The notes under the pieces: generated by a model
Database searches by the model: none
What the model was told of the DNA's origin: nothing
The model's input: only the letters and a program-made list of their open reading frames with translations
Assembly: GCA_963775425.1 (NCBI GenBank)
Contig: CAVZJB010000011.1
Coordinates: 896,001 to 960,000 of the forward strand
Origin: an uncultured delta proteobacterium
GTDB lineage: Bacteria; Myxococcota; UBA727; VGSZ01
Length of the DNA stretch: 64,000 nucleotides
Direction: 5' to 3'
Position numbers and translations under genes: made by a program
Part shown: piece by piece, positions 60,036 through 64,000 of the stretch
Layout of the letters: every line of letters begins with the position of its first letter
Numbering within the stretch: position 1 is the first letter of the stretch

Positions 60036-60617
60036 ATGCCCACGACAGTCATGCGCGGCCGCTGCCCCCGGTCCTCGACCGCGGTCGCAGGTCGCGTCAC
60101 CGCGCTGGCGCTCGCCGCGTTCGTCGTGGCGGGGTGCGAGGGAAAGGCCGACGTCACCATCAACGCGGACAAGCCGGGCGAGGTGAAGCTCAACGGCAAG
60201 GACGCGGCGCAGGTGCACATCGAGAAGGACGGCAAGAAGCTCAGCGTCAACGGCCAACCCGCGGGCAACATCGACGTCAACGTGAACAACGGCAAGGTCA
60301 GCGTGACCACCGGCGCCGCGCCCGCGGACGCCAAGGCGCAGGCCGAGCAGATCTTCTCGCAGCGCTGCTCGGTGTGCCACGGCATGGACGGGAAGGGCGA
60401 CGGGCCGGGCGCGGCCGCGTTGAACCCCAAGCCGCGCAACTACACGGACGCGAAGTGGCAGGCCTCGGTCACCGACGACCTGATCGCCAAGACCATCGTC
60501 GAGGGCGGCGCCGCCGTGGGGAAGTCCCCGCTGATGGTTCCGAACGCGGACCTGAAGGACAAGCCCGACGTCGTGAAGGCGCTGGTGGCCAAGGTCCGTT
60601 CGTTCAAGACCCCGTAG
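60036..60617 (+). CDS. monoheme cytochrome c lipoprotein, paralog
   Basis: VAGC lipobox, CSVCH, beta-rich N-terminal domain. Confidence 0.9.
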   Translation: MPTTVMRGRCPRSSTAVAGRVTALALAAFVVAGCEGKADVTINADKPGEVKLNGKDAAQVHIEKDGKKLSVNGQPAGNIDVNVNNGKVSVTTGAAPADAKAQAEQIFSQRCSVCHGMDGKGDGPGAAALNPKPRNYTDAKWQASVTDDLIAKTIVEGGAAVGKSPLMVPNADLKDKPDVVKALVAKVRSFKTP

Positions 60618-60639
60618 GCGGGCGGCCGCCCGCCTGCGC

Positions 60640-61890
60640 TCACTCCGCGAGCCGCGCCTTCACCCACGCGACGCTGTCGTCGGTGGCGCGCTCAGCGGAG
60701 GCGAGGAAGCCGAAGGCCGTGTCGATGTGGGTGCCGTCGGGGACGAGCGTCAGCTCGACATCCACGCCGGCGGCGCTCAGGTCGTCGACGAGCGCGCGCG
60801 TGTAGCTCGCGGGCACGGTGACGTCCGCGGTGCCCTGCCAGATGTGGATGGGCGCCGTCTGCTCGAAGGGCGTGATGCGCGCGGCCTCGAAGCAATCGTG
60901 GACGAACGCGAAGCGGCTCCACTCCTGCGACGAGAACGCCTGCAGGAAGTCGGGCGTGAACACGTCGCCCGGGGTCTCGGAGATGGCGTCAGGCAACGTC
61001 GGCTCGCTCGTGAAAGATGGTGACCACATGCAGCGGGCCTGCATGAGGGCGTCCACGTCGGGCGCGAGCGCGTCGACGAAGACGCCGTCGGTGGACGCGC
61101 CTTCCTGTTGGGCGAAGGACCACACAGCGAGCGCAAAGTTGGGGATGTGCGCGCCGGCGAGGGTGATGCCCGGCGCCCACTGCTCCTCGTAGGCGCTCGC
61201 GGGCGCGCAGGCCGCGAACGCGCGGATGTCGAGCTCGGGCGCGTAGGTCGCGTGCAGCGCGGCAGCGGCGAGGCTCGCGTGGCCGCCTTGGGAGAGGCCG
61301 ACGACGGCCGCGCGGCCGTTGACCGGGACGGCCTCGTGGCGCGCGACGTTCATCGCGGCGCGGACGGCGTCGAGCACGGCGGCGCCCTCGCTGCGCTTGT
61401 CGAGGTAGCGCTGCAGGCCCGGCGTGCCGAGGCCGGGGTAGTCGGGCGCGATGCCAACGGCCCCGCGCGCGCCGAAGAGGCCGGCGAGGCCGGCGCCGCT
61501 GATGGTGTTGGAGACGCGGCACGGGTCGTCGAGCCCGACGGTGCCGTGGGCGTTGACGACGACGGGGAAGCCGTCCACGGGCGCGTCGCCGGCGAGGTCC
61601 GCGGGGAGCGTGAGCGTGGCCGTGCTCGACGCGCCGTCGGTGGCGTACTCGATGGTGAGCACGCGGTAGCCGTTTTCGATCTCGACGCCGGGCGCGAGGA
61701 GGGGCTCGAGATCCGCGCGGCTGAAGGTGCCGATGTCGGCGACGATGGCCCGGATGCAGCCGTTTTCGGTGCAAGCCGAATCGATGACGACGGGCGCGTC
61801 GGCGGGAGGCGCCGGCGGCGGCGTGCGCACGGGAGCGACGGGCGCGCACGAGACGGCGGCGAAAAAGAGGAGCGGCAGGAGGAAACGCAC
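60640..61890 (-). CDS. secretory-lipase-like alpha/beta hydrolase lipoprotein
   Basis: AHGTVG, PDYPGLG, GLSQGG, QGTAD and GTH. Confidence 0.85.
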   Translation of the reverse strand: MRFLLPLLFFAAVSCAPVAPVRTPPPAPPADAPVVIDSACTENGCIRAIVADIGTFSRADLEPLLAPGVEIENGYRVLTIEYATDGASSTATLTLPADLAGDAPVDGFPVVVNAHGTVGLDDPCRVSNTISGAGLAGLFGARGAVGIAPDYPGLGTPGLQRYLDKRSEGAAVLDAVRAAMNVARHEAVPVNGRAAVVGLSQGGHASLAAAALHATYAPELDIRAFAACAPASAYEEQWAPGITLAGAHIPNFALAVWSFAQQEGASTDGVFVDALAPDVDALMQARCMWSPSFTSEPTLPDAISETPGDVFTPDFLQAFSSQEWSRFAFVHDCFEAARITPFEQTAPIHIWQGTADVTVPASYTRALVDDLSAAGVDVELTLVPDGTHIDTAFGFLASAERATDDSVAWVKARLAE

Positions 61891-61965
61891 GCCGCGAGGG
61901 TGGCACACGGTTTCGCCCGCACAACCGAGTCCCTCCCCTCGTCGGGAGCGTGTAGCCTCCGGGCG

Positions 61966-62745
61966 ATGCTGCGGTTCGCGCTGCCTCCTTCACTCGGCAC
62001 GGAGCGGCTCGTCGACGAGACGCGCGCCTTGCGCGACGCGCTCACGGATCTCCTGGCCGAGGCCGTCGACGTCACCGTGAGCCAGAGCTACGAGGCGCTC
62101 ACGCGCAACCTCCTCTCCGGCGCCGTCGACGTCGCGCACGCGCCGCCGTTCGTGTGCGCGCAGGTGGAGCCCCAGGGCGTGGTCATCGTCGCGCGCGCCG
62201 TCCGCCACGGCCGCGCCACCTACGGCTCCGCGCTGCTCAAGCGCAGAGGCGCCGACACGTCGCTGGCGCGGGCCAGGGGCATCCGCGCCGCCTGGGTCGA
62301 TCCCCAGTCCGTCGCCGGCTACCTCCTCCCCGTCGCGCACCTCGCGAGCACCCGGCGCCTCGATCCCGCGCGCCACTTCGCCGCGCAGACGTTCTTCGGC
62401 AGCTACCCCGCCGCGGTCGCCGCGGTCCTCGAGGCGCGCGCCAATCTGTGCGCGGTTCACGCGCAGCGCGGGCGCCCCGAGACCGTCCTTGAGTCCGTCG
62501 AGCACCACGCGCCGGGTCGTGGCGGCGAGCTCGAGATCATCGAGATGACCGACGAGATCCCCGGCGACGGCGTCGCCGTCTGCCAGGGCGCCGACGCCGC
62601 GGCGCTCAAGGCCGCGTTCCTCCACCTGCACAAGGAGCCGCAGGGGAGAAAGCTGCTCGACAACGTGTTCGTCGCCGAGCGCTTCGAGGCCGCGCCGCCG
62701 ATGGCCTACCGCGCGCTGTACGCCGTGGCCCCGCGCGATCCCTGA
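61966..62745 (+). CDS. PhnD-like substrate-binding-fold protein without signal peptide
   Basis: SYEAL, AWVDPQSVAGYLLP, FFGSY and TDEIPGD. Confidence 0.8.
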   Translation: MLRFALPPSLGTERLVDETRALRDALTDLLAEAVDVTVSQSYEALTRNLLSGAVDVAHAPPFVCAQVEPQGVVIVARAVRHGRATYGSALLKRRGADTSLARARGIRAAWVDPQSVAGYLLPVAHLASTRRLDPARHFAAQTFFGSYPAAVAAVLEARANLCAVHAQRGRPETVLESVEHHAPGRGGELEIIEMTDEIPGDGVAVCQGADAAALKAAFLHLHKEPQGRKLLDNVFVAERFEAAPPMAYRALYAVAPRDP

Positions 62746-62753
62746 TCGCTCGG

Positions 62754-62839
62754 CGGAGCGGAAGGAGCTCCGAGCTCGGCGACGAAGACGCGCGCCGAGT
62801 TGAGCCGGGGCGCCGAGCTCTCCGCTCCTTTCCGCTCCG
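62754..62839. repeat. long imperfect inverted repeat
   Basis: cggagcggaaggagc..gagctcggcg / cgccgagctc..gctcctttccgctccg. Confidence 0.8.
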
Positions 62840-62900
62840 GCGGTGGCGACGTTGCATAGCCTTCGCTGATTCCGAGCGCCCAAGCACTTCGCAACTCACC

Positions 62901-63266
62901 GGGCGACAGGTTGAGCTGAAGACCCAGGCCGTGGACGACCTCATCGGCCCCGAGCACCCGGCTCGCCTGATCGACCGCGTGATCGGCGGGCTCGAGCTCG
63001 ACGGGCTCACAGCCAGCGCCAAGGCCGCGCAGTTTGGCGGTGGGCGCCCGATTACGAGCCCGGGGATGCTCCTGACGCTGTGGCTGTACGCGATAGGCCA
63101 AGGGCTCGGGAGCGCCCGCGAGATCGCGCGGCTGACGACGAACGACGACGCCTTCCGTTTTATCGTCGGCGATCTGCGCCCGAGTCACGACGTCATCGCC
63201 AGGCTCCGCGTCGATCACGGCGCCGCGTTCGACAAGCTCCTCACCCCCGCGAAGCTCACCGCCTGA
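62901..63266 (+). pseudogene. truncated IS1182-like transposase (DUF772 N-terminal domain only)
   Basis: RQVELK..VDDLIGPEHPARLI, GGRP...P.MLL.LWLYA...G.GSAREIAR and PSH..IAR. Stops before any DDE domain. Confidence 0.8.
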
Positions 63267-63478
63267 AGTCCGCGCCGACGTCGCATCGAGGCACGTCGGC
63301 GCGCACACGACCCACACGAAGCCGCTAGCGGGATCACAACACCGCTCGGACCCGCCGTTTCCTCACAACCTGCAGCGGTTCTTGCGCGCCGACGTGCCTC
63401 GCCACGTACGCCGCGCGGCGAGCCACCTTGTGGGCGGCTTCGCCGAGTGCTGCTACGAGCCTATTTTTCGCCAGCCCT

Positions 63479-64000
63479 TCACTCGACGACGACGCCGGGG
63501 ATCGACAGCGAGATCGCGTGGGTCCCCTCGGCCTGGGTCTCCGACCAGACGCGGCCGCCGTGGGCCTCGACGATGCCCCGCGCGATGCGCAGGCCGAGCC
63601 CGGCGCTGTCGTCGGCGACGCCCACGCGCCACGGACTGGCGAGCGAGAGGGCGCGCGCGGGATCTTCGATGCGGCCCCCGGTGCTCGTCACGGTGAACAC
63701 GATGTCCCTCTCGCGCAGCGATGCGCCGACGACGACGACGCCGTCGGGGCCGAGCCCATCCATGGACCACGCCACGGCGTTTCGGATCGCCTGCAGCACG
63801 CGGTCGCGGTCGCAGCGCACCCAGGGCAGGGGCGCGTCGACGGCGCCGTCGATGCGTACGCCGCGCAGCTCCGCCTGTGCCTGCAACATGTCGACGGCGT
63901 CGCGCGCGATGACATCCGGGGCGTGGTCGTCCAGGGAGAGGTGCAAGCGCCCGGCGCGCAACGCGTTCAGATCGACGACGTCCTCGATGAGCCGCGTGAT
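63479..64000 (-). CDS. histidine kinase-like protein, C-terminal HATPase part (enters from the window edge)
   Basis: RLIEDVVDL, DRDRVLQAIRN and GLGL.IARGIVEAHGGRVW. Confidence 0.8.
   Translation of the reverse strand: MTRLIEDVVDLNALRAGRLHLSLDDHAPDVIARDAVDMLQAQAELRGVRIDGAVDAPLPWVRCDRDRVLQAIRNAVAWSMDGLGPDGVVVVGASLRERDIVFTVTSTGGRIEDPARALSLASPWRVGVADDSAGLGLRIARGIVEAHGGRVWSETQAEGTHAISLSIPGVVVE

Overview
Very GC-rich bacterial DNA, most consistent with a Myxococcota-like genome: MYXO-CTERM tail, myxobacterial Cys-rich repeats, a Ser/Thr kinase-TPR-lipoprotein module and (GE)n-linker lipoproteins. It is densely coding, about 60 genes; most long ORFs in the track are antisense or off-frame shadows. 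Recognisable content: a formaldehyde detox locus (gfa-like, frmB/fghA, frmA), ZIP and ABC transporters, an eight-gene heme cluster (hemB, hemD divergent from hemE, hemA, hemC, hemL, HK, RR, hemH, hemF) with an embedded OmpR-family two-component system and a pho-box-like repeat in its divergent promoter, and a sensor HK-REC-class III cyclase with non-canonical specificity residues. Also gap, a mitochondrial-type aconitase, tandem cytochrome c lipoproteins, many surface proteins and an IS1182-like remnant. The best candidate for an undescribed system is a tightly coupled 8-gene operon at 48.6-56.3 kb: a small restriction-endonuclease-fold protein, a coiled-coil protein, a GT-B glycosyltransferase, three radical SAM enzymes, a membrane-anchored protein and a MoxR AAA+. 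No rRNA, tRNA or CRISPR array was seen. All family calls come from reading motifs by eye, not from database searches.
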